Positions 1 through 10,991 of a stretch of 64,000 nt of DNA are shown one piece after another. A program made the translations under genes and the position numbers. The notes beneath the pieces are model-generated. The model did no database searches. It saw only the letters and a list, made by a program, of their open reading frames with translations, and had not been told where the DNA came from. Each line of letters opens with the position of its first letter. The stretch's first letter is position 1. Source of the DNA: a plasmid; sequence record NZ_CP011600.1; one strand, given 5' to 3'.

Positions 1-235
1 AAATCCATCGACCAGGTCAGGTTGGGCGCCGCCGGACGGAGCAGCGGCAGACGTTCTGTTGCCAGCCCTTTACGACGTCGCCTGCGTTTTACGCCCAGCC
101 CGCTCAGATGATAAAGGCGGTATTCAGACCGACTGATAGCTGATTTTGAGTTGCCAAAAAGAGCGCTCCTATTCAGTACAAAAAAGATGGTAATGTTTCA
201 TAAAATCTCTTAGGCCTTGCAGGAATGGTTTTGAA

Positions 236-664
236 ATGAATGGATCTTGTTTGTGTGGAACAATTGAATTTGAACTTACTCATAAACCAGCAGTGTTTTA
301 TCGTTGTCATTGCTCGCTATGCAGAAAGCAGAGCGGCGTAGGTTACAATCTCGCCACACTAGTCAAAGACAGCGAGTTTCGCTGGATTAAAGGGGAAAAT
401 TGCATTGCTTCATGGTCTAAGCCAACGGGGTACCGTACAGATTTTTGCAATGTATGTGGCTCAACTGTGCCTAACAGTCTGCGAGACGTACCTTATGTCT
501 GGGTTCCTGTCGGTTTAATTGACGAACGTCTTGAAATGGAATGTGCAGGAGACTTCTGCACTGATGATGCAATGCCCTGGGATGAAACCCGCTCACCTAG
601 TTGTCACGCTGGACCTGTCAAGTCGCTAGCCTCGCTTTTAAAGTACCTGAAACTCAATTCCTGA
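236..664 (+). CDS. GFA-family (CENP-V/glutathione-dependent formaldehyde-activating-like) zinc protein
   Basis: 142 aa; Cys-rich motifs CLCGxxxF...CHCSLC...CNVCGS typical of the GFA fold; ATG preceded by a weak Shine-Dalgarno (SD). Confidence 0.6.
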   Translation: MNGSCLCGTIEFELTHKPAVFYRCHCSLCRKQSGVGYNLATLVKDSEFRWIKGENCIASWSKPTGYRTDFCNVCGSTVPNSLRDVPYVWVPVGLIDERLEMECAGDFCTDDAMPWDETRSPSCHAGPVKSLASLLKYLKLNS

Positions 665-1228
665 GCGTCAGCATTTGGCACAAAGCAGACATTAAAGACT
701 ACAGCATCGGATGCCGCGTTAGCGGCATGGAGGCGCCAGATGAAGCTGCATGTATCAGTGGAGTCAAATGGCGCCGAAAGCCCGGCGTAGCCGGTTACCT
801 GGCTATAAATTCTGCCACCCTTCCCCCTGCCCTGATTAGCCTTAACCCGCTTACAGCAATGAAGAAGTTAAAGTAATCCCTTTTAACCCCGGTGAGCGGG
901 CTTTACGGCGTTTACGACGTAAAGGGCGTGATTTCCGGGGCCTTAGCGGCGGCAGCTTGCTGCTGACGCTTAGGGGGATGTTCTTCAGTTATTTCAGCAA
1001 CACCAGGGAACTTAACACGGTAGCTGCTAAGCCATACCCGCTATAAACGCGCTGCGTAACAAAGGGCATTCGACAGATAAAATGGCGGTGGTGTTTGCGG
1101 GGGTAAGTGAAAGTGAGAGTGAATATCGCGCGGCGCTGGAATACCTGCAACCCTGCGGCGTTCCCGTCATTCCGGGCGCTATTCCTTTTCTGACATCGTT
1201 CAGCCAGGGGTCGTCTCAGAAAACGGAA

Positions 1229-2555
1229 TCTATGGTCACTCCCGTTTTTGCAACACCGATTTTGACGACAAGTTGGCTTGCTTGAATCTATCCGGCGTCT
1301 GAATGGGATTTTATTCCCGCGCCTCGATGAGTTCCGCGCCTGATGAACCTCCAGAAAATATACGGCTTCAATGAGCCTTTCCGTTTTACAGGTTCCTCAA
1401 CAGGCCGGTGGGCCGTTAGTATCATCAATATCAGTATTCGCAAAACCAGATGAATGATTGTTTAAACTGGTGTATTTCTGCCTTTATGCTTCGTAAGTTT
1501 GCTGTCGCGCCGTCAGTGCCCAGGCTATTCTGGCCAGCTTGTTTGCCAGAGCACAGGTGACGACAAAGTTGCTTTTCCGACACAACAACTCCCTGACCCA
1601 GTCGGCCAACTTGCCAGACTGGTGTTCCAGTTTTTGTATGAATACCCTGGCACACTGAACCAACAAAGTTCGGATCTTTTTGTTGCCCCGCTTGCTAATC
1701 CCTAACAATGTCGTCCGACCTCCCGTGCTGTACTGTCGGGGTACCAGCCCTGTTGCCGCCGCAAAGTCACGGCTGCTGGCGTACTGCTTCCCGTCGCCAA
1801 TCTCAGTTGAAATAGTACTGGCAGTCAGCGTTCCAACGCAGGGAATACTCAGCAAGCGCTGTCCAACCTCATCTTCGTCCAACTTTCGTTTCAACTGAGA
1901 TTCCAGATCTTTAATCTGCTCAACAAGATAGTGATAATGCTGTTGTAATTTCAGCAGTAACTGGCTGAGATAAAGAGGCAAACTACTGTCCTCAAGAAGG
2001 GTACTCAGTCGACTAATAACGGCAGCACCTCGCGGAACGCTGATACCAAATTCCAGCAGAAAAGCATGCATCTGATTAGTTGTTTTCACCTTATCCTGAA
2101 CCAGGGATTCACGGACACGATGCAGAGCTCGCATTGCCTGCTGAGATTCGGTTCTGGGCTGCACGAAACGCATAGATGGACGTGATGCTGCTTCACAGAT
2201 AGCTTCAGCATCAACGAAGTCATTTTTGTTGCTTTTAACGAATGGGCGGACAAATTGCGGTGATATCAGCTTTGGAAAATGCCCTAACTCTGCCAGCTTG
2301 CGTGCCATAAAGTGAGAACCGCCACAGGCTTCCATCGCGATGGTTGTTGCCGGGCATGTCGCCAGAAATTCGATTAGCTTTGGTCGGGTGAATTTTTTAC
2401 GGTAAACGGCCTTCCCACGATGATCCTGACAATGAATATGGAAAGAGTTCTTACCCAGATCGATACCAATAAGCGCAATGTTTTCCATGATGGTTCTCCG
2501 AATGAAAGCCTGTCCTCAGCATAGTACTGGGAAGGAGGGAGTGACCATCTCATTA
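1229..2555 (-). mobile_element. IS110-family (IS1111 subgroup) IS5075/IS4321-like element, copy 1, 1327 bp
   Basis: Identical 1327-bp unit found 5 times, always inserted at the same position inside a 38-bp Tn3-family IR (the known target of IS4321/IS5075); ends TCTATGGTCACTCC...GGAGTGACCATCTCATTA. Confidence 0.85.
1484..2488 (-). CDS. IS110-family transposase (334 aa)
   Basis: ORF is identical in all 5 copies; N-terminal MENIALIGIDLGK (DEDD/RuvC-like fold of IS110 transposases). Confidence 0.85.
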   Translation of the reverse strand: MENIALIGIDLGKNSFHIHCQDHRGKAVYRKKFTRPKLIEFLATCPATTIAMEACGGSHFMARKLAELGHFPKLISPQFVRPFVKSNKNDFVDAEAICEAASRPSMRFVQPRTESQQAMRALHRVRESLVQDKVKTTNQMHAFLLEFGISVPRGAAVISRLSTLLEDSSLPLYLSQLLLKLQQHYHYLVEQIKDLESQLKRKLDEDEVGQRLLSIPCVGTLTASTISTEIGDGKQYASSRDFAAATGLVPRQYSTGGRTTLLGISKRGNKKIRTLLVQCARVFIQKLEHQSGKLADWVRELLCRKSNFVVTCALANKLARIAWALTARQQTYEA

Positions 2556-2566
2556 AATAAAGCACG

Positions 2567-3124
2567 CTAAGCGTGCGTGGAGGCTGGCACCCAGCGGTAC
2601 AGCGTCGGAATGGACACGCCGAGGTTCTTGGCCACGTCCTTGGGCGGCACCCCGCTGGCCAGCAGCTTCTTGGCCGACTCGATCTTGCTGTCGGTCATCT
2701 TCGGCTTGCGGCCGCCTTTGCGGCCGAGCTGCTTGGCGACTTCCAGCCCGGCGCGGGTGCGCTCGACGGTCAGCTCGCGCTCCATTTCGGCAAGGCTCGC
2801 CATGACGTGGAAGAAGAACCGCCCGGATGGTGTGCCGGTGTCGATGGAGTCGGTGAGGCTCCTGAACTGGACACCGTGCTTGTGCAGATCGCCGACCAGA
2901 TCGACCAGTTGCTTGACCGACCGGCCCAGCCGGTCGAGCTTCCAGACGACCAAAGTATCGCCTTCGCGCAGCATTTCGAGCGTCTTGGCCAAGCCAGGCC
3001 GGTCTGCCCGCGTGCCACTCACCTTGTCCTCGAAGACCTTTTTACATCCGGCCTTGCTCAAGGCTTCGCGTTGCAGCTCCAGGTTCTGATCCTGCGTCGA
3101 GACGCGCGCATAGCCAATCAACAT
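2567..3124 (-). CDS. tnpR: serine recombinase (resolvase) TnpR
   Basis: 185 aa; MLIGYARVSTQDQNLELQ catalytic-Ser N-terminus and C-terminal HTH (GVSIPTLYRW); about 85% identical to the TnpR at 15814. Confidence 0.9.
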   Translation of the reverse strand: MLIGYARVSTQDQNLELQREALSKAGCKKVFEDKVSGTRADRPGLAKTLEMLREGDTLVVWKLDRLGRSVKQLVDLVGDLHKHGVQFRSLTDSIDTGTPSGRFFFHVMASLAEMERELTVERTRAGLEVAKQLGRKGGRKPKMTDSKIESAKKLLASGVPPKDVAKNLGVSIPTLYRWVPASTHA

Positions 3125-3486
3125 GGCTTGTCTCGCGCCCGGTCGATGCGTTCCTGCATCGCCTGCATCACTTCTTCGTGGGTGTACGATCTGGCGTTGG
3201 CGTCGGTGGCTTGCCGCAGGGCTTCCTCAACCTCGCGCGTCATCCGCTCGTAATCCTCCGGCCACAGCGCTTGCTCCATGCGCAGCGACGCCTGACCCAG
3301 CAGGTGCAGCAGGCTGAACAGCCGCATGTCGTTGGTGGCGACGATGCGCTCCCGAATCTGCTCCTGAATAGCTTCGCTAGCCCGATGCGCTTGTGGTGTG
3401 GCAGTCCCCTCGTAGTCAGCGGGGAATTCCGCTTCCTCGGCAATCCTTGCCCAGGCGCTGGCCAGCGCCTCGATGGTTGACGTGCT
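3118..3486 (-). CDS. hypothetical protein (122 aa, acidic, helical)
   Basis: Start MSTSTIEAL overlaps the stop of the upstream gene by ATGA, and its 3' end overlaps the tnpR start by 7 bp, so it is translationally coupled. Confidence 0.45.
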   Translation of the reverse strand, partial: STSTIEALASAWARIAEEAEFPADYEGTATPQAHRASEAIQEQIRERIVATNDMRLFSLLHLLGQASLRMEQALWPEDYERMTREVEEALRQATDANARSYTHEEVMQAMQERIDRARDKPC

Positions 3487-3998
3487 CATTTCCGCCGCTC
3501 CTGTGCTCTTTGGCGAATCAACCGGCCAAGGGGCCTCGACGCGAAAACCAGCAGCATCACGCCTATCGGATACCAGGTCGAGAAGACCACCAAGGCATCG
3601 AAGGCTGGCCGTCCGGTGTTGGTAGGCAGTACGGCGGTCACAGCCATCAACCCGCCGACCGTCCAGATGATGCGCCACACGTAGGGCATCACGCGGGGCA
3701 CGTAGCCGTCATCGAAAGCGGTCTGGTAGTAGCGGCGCAGGCCGCGCTCGGCAAGCGCCTGGCGCTGCCGCTCCGACAGCGCATCCGTCCGGCCATACCA
3801 GCGCCGGAATGGTGGACAGCGCAGCAGCAAAGGGGTGAAGAGGATCATCACCGCCACGATCGCGACACCCCACGCCATGACGGCGCCGGCATCGGGCCGC
3901 TTGGCGTTCTCGATCACGGGCGCGAAGACGCCCGGAGCACCGATCATCCAGAACAGCGCAATGTGCTGATGGAAGGAGAGCTTCATTTGCTCATCCAC
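3486..3998 (-). CDS. hypothetical integral membrane protein (170 aa, about 4 TM)
   Basis: Hydrophobic segments LFWMIGAPGVF, VAIVAVMILFTPLLL, IIWTVGGLMAVTAVL, YPIGVMLLVFA; overlaps both neighbours. Confidence 0.45.
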   Translation of the reverse strand: MDEQMKLSFHQHIALFWMIGAPGVFAPVIENAKRPDAGAVMAWGVAIVAVMILFTPLLLRCPPFRRWYGRTDALSERQRQALAERGLRRYYQTAFDDGYVPRVMPYVWRIIWTVGGLMAVTAVLPTNTGRPAFDALVVFSTWYPIGVMLLVFASRPLGRLIRQRAQERRK

Positions 3999-4309
3999 TT
4001 GCGCAGCAGGCGCTTTTTCAGGGAGGCGCGTTCTTGCGGGTTGCGTCCCTTGTGATTGGCGATGCGATCCGCCGTGGCGGCCTGGCGCTTGACGGGCCAG
4101 TAGGAGCGGCCATCCTTGCCCATCGACCAGACGCTGCTGGCCTGGTTTTCCAGCAGGGGCAGATGGGCGCTCAGGGCTTCGGGCGACGCGCTGGTCAGCG
4201 CCGTGCGCTCACGGGTGCGCCAGCGCTGATGCCAGAGCTTCTTGTCCTCGCGCTCGCTGCCGCAGGTCGTGTGCCCGACGATGGGTGTTTTGCGGCGGCT
4301 GCGGCTCAT
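3983..4309 (-). CDS. hypothetical basic protein (108 aa)
   Basis: Lys/Arg-rich; overlaps the downstream gene by 16 bp; first gene of an apparent 4-gene unit ending in tnpR. Confidence 0.4.
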   Translation of the reverse strand: MSRSRRKTPIVGHTTCGSEREDKKLWHQRWRTRERTALTSASPEALSAHLPLLENQASSVWSMGKDGRSYWPVKRQAATADRIANHKGRNPQERASLKKRLLRKWMSK

Positions 4310-4563
4310 AACGTAGTGGTCTCCAAGAACATTCAGGACTGATCCCAGGCGTCGATGGTCAAGACCTGATCGGCAGGACAGGCGGCTACGCGGTCGGGAA
4401 CTGGATGGTGTTCAGTCTCATGCCGACCCCATTCGATTGATCGCGTCGCTTGCGGCACGCTGCGACGCAAGGAGGTTTGCGACCTGGTTTAGCAGCCGTG
4501 TCCGCTGCATGTCTGTTACCTATCTCCCCGACCGCTCATTGGACCAACTCCAGAGATTGGGCT

Positions 4564-4920
4564 CTATCGCTCAGCCAATACGAAACCGGCATTGGCTGAT
4601 GCCACAACCGAGACTAACACAAATGGCTCGGTACCTGTATTTCGCGCCCCGTGCACTTGGCCCGGTCTTGCCACGGCTATCTCACCTTCCCTGAGGGCAC
4701 GAACAATCCCATTGCCCTGAAAGTAATCAGCCATTCCCGACAAAACAGTCCACGTGTCTTGGCCGTGAGGATGAATGTGAGCCGCAATTTCCTGCCCGGG
4801 ATGGACATGCCAAACCACGATAATTGAGTCTCGGGTTTCAAGCACAACGGAACGAATAGGCTCGCCTTCGGACGGCTGAACATACTCGGCTACAGAAAAT
4901 ATTCTCGATTCAACAGTCAT
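4564..4920 (-). CDS. cupin-domain protein
   Basis: 118 aa from MTVESRIF (GAGGGA SD); cupin His motifs HVHPGQEIAAHIHPHGQD...GQVHGARN; the longer 191-aa ORF call is an N-terminal over-extension into hepT. Confidence 0.65.
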   Translation of the reverse strand: MTVESRIFSVAEYVQPSEGEPIRSVVLETRDSIIVVWHVHPGQEIAAHIHPHGQDTWTVLSGMADYFQGNGIVRALREGEIAVARPGQVHGARNTGTEPFVLVSVVASANAGFVLAER

Positions 4921-5311
4921 CGGAGATCCCTCTTTCACAGTTGTCGTTACGGTCTTCATCGTCGGCATCCTGACGCACGGCGGGCAATTGCTGGAGCAAC
5001 GCCGGCAGCCATTCCTGTACCGTCTCCCACACCACATCGAGGTTGATGTCGAAATAGCCGTGAGCCATGCGATTACGCATATTGCGCATGCTGCGCCACG
5101 GCACGTCGGCATGCGCCTGGGTGAACTCGACGTAGCCATCCATCACCTTTGTGGCCGCCTCGCCGATGACGATCAGGCTCATGATGACGGCCTGCTGGGT
5201 GCGCTTGTCGGCCAAGAAGTCGTCCTTGGCCATCCCTTCCACGAAGCTGCGCGCATCGGTTGCGGCCTGCTGAATGTGGTCGAGGTAATCGGGCAGGCGG
5301 TTCTCGCTCAT
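4910..5311 (-). CDS. hepT: HepT-like (DUF86/HEPN) toxin
   Basis: 133 aa; HEPN Rx4-6H motif (RNRMAHGY); 4-bp overlap with the upstream nucleotidyltransferase gene. Confidence 0.7.
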   Translation of the reverse strand: MSENRLPDYLDHIQQAATDARSFVEGMAKDDFLADKRTQQAVIMSLIVIGEAATKVMDGYVEFTQAHADVPWRSMRNMRNRMAHGYFDINLDVVWETVQEWLPALLQQLPAVRQDADDEDRNDNCERGISDDC

Positions 5312-5604
5312 ATCGGTTGCGCCTCCGCGAGCACCTTGGCCCGGAACTTCGGCGGCAGGTCGCCGGGAGTCAGCAGATCGACGTCAACGCCGAGCAGCGA
5401 TTTCAGTTCTTCTTCCAAATCGCCCAAGTCCAACAACGTGGCACCGGGCAGCGCATCGACCAACAGGTCGAGGTCGCTGCCATCCCGGTCGGTGCCATGC
5501 AGCACCGAGCCGAAGACGCGCGGGTTCGCGGCGCGAAAGCGGCCTACCGCTTCACGCACTGCGCTTCGCTTCATGTCAAGCACAACAGACGGTCGCATGC
5601 GCAT
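5308..5604 (-). CDS. mntA: MntA-like minimal nucleotidyltransferase antitoxin
   Basis: 98 aa; GSxxxGxxxxxSDxD nucleotidyltransferase motif (GSVLHGTDRDGSDLDLLV). Confidence 0.7.
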   Translation of the reverse strand: MRMRPSVVLDMKRSAVREAVGRFRAANPRVFGSVLHGTDRDGSDLDLLVDALPGATLLDLGDLEEELKSLLGVDVDLLTPGDLPPKFRAKVLAEAQPI

Positions 5605-5607
5605 CCT

Positions 5608-5700
5608 TTCTTATCGAAACTCGTTGAGATGATATGCAATCAAGAATAGAATTTCAAGAACTATTTTCGAGAATCGCAATGCCTTGATTCCCGTGCCGCG
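5608..5700 (-). promoter_or_regulatory. putative res (resolution) site of Tn#1
   Basis: About 85-bp stretch whose reverse complement is about 80% identical to the tnpA-tnpR intergenic region at 15368-15450 (shared core TGCGATTCTCGAAAAnAGTTCTTGAAA). Confidence 0.6.
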
Positions 5701-5705
5701 CCGGT

Positions 5706-5730
5706 TGTCACTTTCAGAAGGCGACAGCAC
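5706..5730 (+). repeat. Tn402/Tn5053-family 25-bp terminal IR (IRt-like)
   Basis: TGTCACTTTCAGAAGGCGACAGCAC matches 22 of 25 positions of the Tn5053 IR (TGTCATTTTCAGAAGACGACTGCAC) as recalled from memory. Confidence 0.6.
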
Positions 5731-5791
5731 GAAATATCAAAAGTCGACCGCACGGTCTTTTCTGACGTTGGAGTCGCCTCAGAAAACGGAA

Positions 5792-7118
5792 TCTATGGTC
5801 ACTCCCGTTTTTGCAACACCGATTTTGACGACAAGTTGGCTTGCTTGAATCTATCCGGCGTCTGAATGGGATTTTATTCCCGCGCCTCGATGAGTTCCGC
5901 GCCTGATGAACCTCCAGAAAATATACGGCTTCAATGAGCCTTTCCGTTTTACAGGTTCCTCAACAGGCCGGTGGGCCGTTAGTATCATCAATATCAGTAT
6001 TCGCAAAACCAGATGAATGATTGTTTAAACTGGTGTATTTCTGCCTTTATGCTTCGTAAGTTTGCTGTCGCGCCGTCAGTGCCCAGGCTATTCTGGCCAG
6101 CTTGTTTGCCAGAGCACAGGTGACGACAAAGTTGCTTTTCCGACACAACAACTCCCTGACCCAGTCGGCCAACTTGCCAGACTGGTGTTCCAGTTTTTGT
6201 ATGAATACCCTGGCACACTGAACCAACAAAGTTCGGATCTTTTTGTTGCCCCGCTTGCTAATCCCTAACAATGTCGTCCGACCTCCCGTGCTGTACTGTC
6301 GGGGTACCAGCCCTGTTGCCGCCGCAAAGTCACGGCTGCTGGCGTACTGCTTCCCGTCGCCAATCTCAGTTGAAATAGTACTGGCAGTCAGCGTTCCAAC
6401 GCAGGGAATACTCAGCAAGCGCTGTCCAACCTCATCTTCGTCCAACTTTCGTTTCAACTGAGATTCCAGATCTTTAATCTGCTCAACAAGATAGTGATAA
6501 TGCTGTTGTAATTTCAGCAGTAACTGGCTGAGATAAAGAGGCAAACTACTGTCCTCAAGAAGGGTACTCAGTCGACTAATAACGGCAGCACCTCGCGGAA
6601 CGCTGATACCAAATTCCAGCAGAAAAGCATGCATCTGATTAGTTGTTTTCACCTTATCCTGAACCAGGGATTCACGGACACGATGCAGAGCTCGCATTGC
6701 CTGCTGAGATTCGGTTCTGGGCTGCACGAAACGCATAGATGGACGTGATGCTGCTTCACAGATAGCTTCAGCATCAACGAAGTCATTTTTGTTGCTTTTA
6801 ACGAATGGGCGGACAAATTGCGGTGATATCAGCTTTGGAAAATGCCCTAACTCTGCCAGCTTGCGTGCCATAAAGTGAGAACCGCCACAGGCTTCCATCG
6901 CGATGGTTGTTGCCGGGCATGTCGCCAGAAATTCGATTAGCTTTGGTCGGGTGAATTTTTTACGGTAAACGGCCTTCCCACGATGATCCTGACAATGAAT
7001 ATGGAAAGAGTTCTTACCCAGATCGATACCAATAAGCGCAATGTTTTCCATGATGGTTCTCCGAATGAAAGCCTGTCCTCAGCATAGTACTGGGAAGGAG
7101 GGAGTGACCATCTCATTA
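5792..7118 (-). mobile_element. IS5075/IS4321-like element, copy 2 (1327 bp)
   Basis: Identical to copy 1. Confidence 0.85.
6047..7051 (-). CDS. IS110-family transposase
   Basis: Identical 334-aa ORF. Confidence 0.85.
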   Translation of the reverse strand: MENIALIGIDLGKNSFHIHCQDHRGKAVYRKKFTRPKLIEFLATCPATTIAMEACGGSHFMARKLAELGHFPKLISPQFVRPFVKSNKNDFVDAEAICEAASRPSMRFVQPRTESQQAMRALHRVRESLVQDKVKTTNQMHAFLLEFGISVPRGAAVISRLSTLLEDSSLPLYLSQLLLKLQQHYHYLVEQIKDLESQLKRKLDEDEVGQRLLSIPCVGTLTASTISTEIGDGKQYASSRDFAAATGLVPRQYSTGGRTTLLGISKRGNKKIRTLLVQCARVFIQKLEHQSGKLADWVRELLCRKSNFVVTCALANKLARIAWALTARQQTYEA

Positions 7119-7150
7119 AATAAAGCACGCTAAGGCGTAGTTCCCTCGGG

Positions 7151-7585
7151 CTACACCGCGTCCGCACTGCGCGGTTCTTTCTTCCCTTGCAGTGACGCAA
7201 TCAGCGGGCAGGAAACGTTCCCCTTCCGCGCATGGCAGGCGCACACCAAATCAGACAGCACGGCCTCCATGCGCGCCAGGTCAGCCATCCTCTCGCGCAC
7301 GTCCTTGAGCTTGTGCTCGGCCAGGCTGCTGGCTTCCTCGCAATGGGTGCCATCCTCCAGCCGCAGCAGCTCGGCGATCTCATCCAGGCTGAAGCCCAAC
7401 CGCTGGGCTGATTTCACGAAGCGCACCCGCGTTACATCCGTCTCGCCATAGCGGCGAATGCTGCCGTAAGGCTTGTCCGGTTCCGGGAGCAAGCCCTTGC
7501 GCTGATAGAACCGGATGGTCTCCACATTGACCCCGGCCGTCCTGGCGAAAACGCCAATGGTCAGGTTCTCCAAATTGTTTTCCAT
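7151..7585 (-). CDS. merR: mercuric resistance regulator MerR
   Basis: 144 aa; HTH N-terminus and metal-binding Cys (C..C...C) consistent with Tn21/Tn501 MerR. Confidence 0.95.
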   Translation of the reverse strand: MENNLENLTIGVFARTAGVNVETIRFYQRKGLLPEPDKPYGSIRRYGETDVTRVRFVKSAQRLGFSLDEIAELLRLEDGTHCEEASSLAEHKLKDVRERMADLARMEAVLSDLVCACHARKGNVSCPLIASLQGKKEPRSADAV

Positions 7586-7656
7586 ATCGCTTGACTCCGT
7601 ACATAACTACGGAAGTAAGCTTAAGCTATCCAATTCAGATTCGAAAGGACAAACGT
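7586..7656 (+). promoter_or_regulatory. merR/merT divergent promoter-operator (merO dyad CCGTACATAACTACGG)
   Basis: TTGACT -35, the dyad, then TAAGCT -10 with MerR-type spacing between divergent merR and merT. Confidence 0.7.
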
Positions 7657-8007
7657 ATGTCTGAACCTCAAAACGGGCGCGGCGCGCTCTTCACTGGCGG
7701 GCTGGCCGCCATCCTCGCCTCGGCTTGCTGCCTCGGGCCGCTGGTTCTGATCGCCTTGGGGTTCAGCGGCGCTTGGATCGGCAACTTGACGGTGTTGGAA
7801 CCCTATCGCCCCATCTTTATCGGCGTGGCGCTGGTGGCGTTGTTCTTCGCCTGGCGGCGCATCTACCGGCCGTCAGCCGCCTGCAAACCGGGTGAGGTTT
7901 GCGCGATTCCCCAAGTGCGAGCTACTTACAAGCTCATTTTCTGGGGCGTGGCCGTGCTGGTTTTGGTCGCGCTCGGATTTCCCTACGTCGTGCCATTTTT
8001 CTATTGA
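7657..8007 (+). CDS. merT: mercuric transport protein MerT
   Basis: 116 aa from MSEPQNGRGALF; CC pair in the first TM helix. Confidence 0.9.
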   Translation: MSEPQNGRGALFTGGLAAILASACCLGPLVLIALGFSGAWIGNLTVLEPYRPIFIGVALVALFFAWRRIYRPSAACKPGEVCAIPQVRATYKLIFWGVAVLVLVALGFPYVVPFFY

Positions 8008-8022
8008 TCACAGGAGTTCACC

Positions 8023-10189
<2,167 letters not shown>

Positions 10190-10205
10190 AAAAAGGAGGT
10201 TTTCA

Positions 10206-10571
10206 ATGAGCGCCTACACCGTGTCCCGGCTGGCCCTTGATGCCGGGGTGAGCGTGCATATCGTGCGCGACTACCTGCTGCGCGGATTGCTGCGTCCGGT
10301 GGCGTGCACCCCGGGCGGCTATGGCCTGTTCGATGATGCCGCCTTGCAACGGCTGTGCTTCGTGCGGGCGGCCTTCGAGGCGGGCATCGGCCTGGACGCG
10401 CTGGCGCGGCTGTGCCGGGCGCTGGATGCTGCGGACGGCGATGAAGCGGCCGCGCAGCTTGCCGTTCTGCGCCAGTTCGTCGAGCGTCGGCGCGAAGCGT
10501 TGGCCGATCTGGAGGTGCAGTTGGCCACCATGCCGACCGAGCCGGCACAGCACGCGGAGAGTCTGCCATGA
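10206..10571 (+). CDS. merD: MerD co-regulator
   Basis: 121 aa; MerR-like HTH. Confidence 0.9.
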   Translation: MSAYTVSRLALDAGVSVHIVRDYLLRGLLRPVACTPGGYGLFDDAALQRLCFVRAAFEAGIGLDALARLCRALDAADGDEAAAQLAVLRQFVERRREALADLEVQLATMPTEPAQHAESLP

Positions 10572-10804
10572 ACAGCCCCGAGCGCTTGCCGTCCGAGACG
10601 CACAAACCGATCACCGGCTACCTGTGGGGCGCGCTGGCCGTGCTCACCTGTCCCTGCCATTTGCCGATTCTCGCCATTGTGCTGGCCGGCACGACGGCCG
10701 GCGCGTTCATCGGAGAGTACTGGGGTATCGCAGCCCTCACGCTGACCGGTTTGTTCGTCCTGTCTGTGACACGACTGCTGCGGGCCTTCAAAGATCGATC
10801 ATGA
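10568..10804 (+). CDS. merE: MerE
   Basis: 78 aa; two TM helices with the CPCH motif; overlaps merD. Confidence 0.85.
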   Translation: MNSPERLPSETHKPITGYLWGALAVLTCPCHLPILAIVLAGTTAGAFIGEYWGIAALTLTGLFVLSVTRLLRAFKDRS

Positions 10805-10856
10805 GCGCTTCCCATTGAGACAAACCACGCTGTCGCTACGTTGCCTCATGCCGGCA

Positions 10857-10970
10857 TCAAATTCGGCTGAGTAGCTTCTCGCCATCTGGACGTAGCTCAC
10901 CCTTGGGTGAAACATGCCGATACAGGGTCTGCCGCGTGACGCCAAGTTCCTGGCACAGGTCGCCGACCTT
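10857..10970 (-). pseudogene. tniR: 3' fragment (C-terminal HTH, about 37 aa) of a serine resolvase, putatively tniR of a Tn5053-like element, truncated by the Tn#3 IR
   Basis: Minus-strand translation reads ...KVGDLCQELGVTRQTLYRHVSPKGELRPDGEKLLSRI*, a resolvase/invertase C-terminus; the N-terminal part is missing. Confidence 0.5.
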
Positions 10971-10991
10971 GGGGTCACCTCAGAAAACGGA

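Larger units (their letters stand above)
1207..2571 (+). repeat. 38-bp Tn21-type terminal inverted repeat (IR) (GGGGTCGTCTCAGAAAACGGAA / AATAAAGCACGCTAAG) split by IS copy 1; transposon interior lies to the right
   Basis: Halves at 1207-1228 and 2556-2571 together reconstitute the canonical Tn21 IR. Confidence 0.8.
5770..7134 (+). repeat. 38-bp mer-proximal IR (GGAGTCGCCTCAGAAAACGGAA / AATAAAGCACGCTAAG) split by IS copy 2
   Basis: Same split geometry as the other copies; the inner half abuts merR. Confidence 0.75.

Noticed and set aside
601-1285. Small ORFs 601-876 and 1082-1285
   Set aside because: They have no ribosome-binding sites and no recognisable domains. The second reads into the IR/IS junction. 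They are likely non-coding flank.
4564-5139. 191-aa extended version of the cupin gene
   Set aside because: The first 73 codons overlap hepT in a different frame and are Cys/Arg-rich nonsense. The internal start MTVESRIF has a GAGGGA SD.
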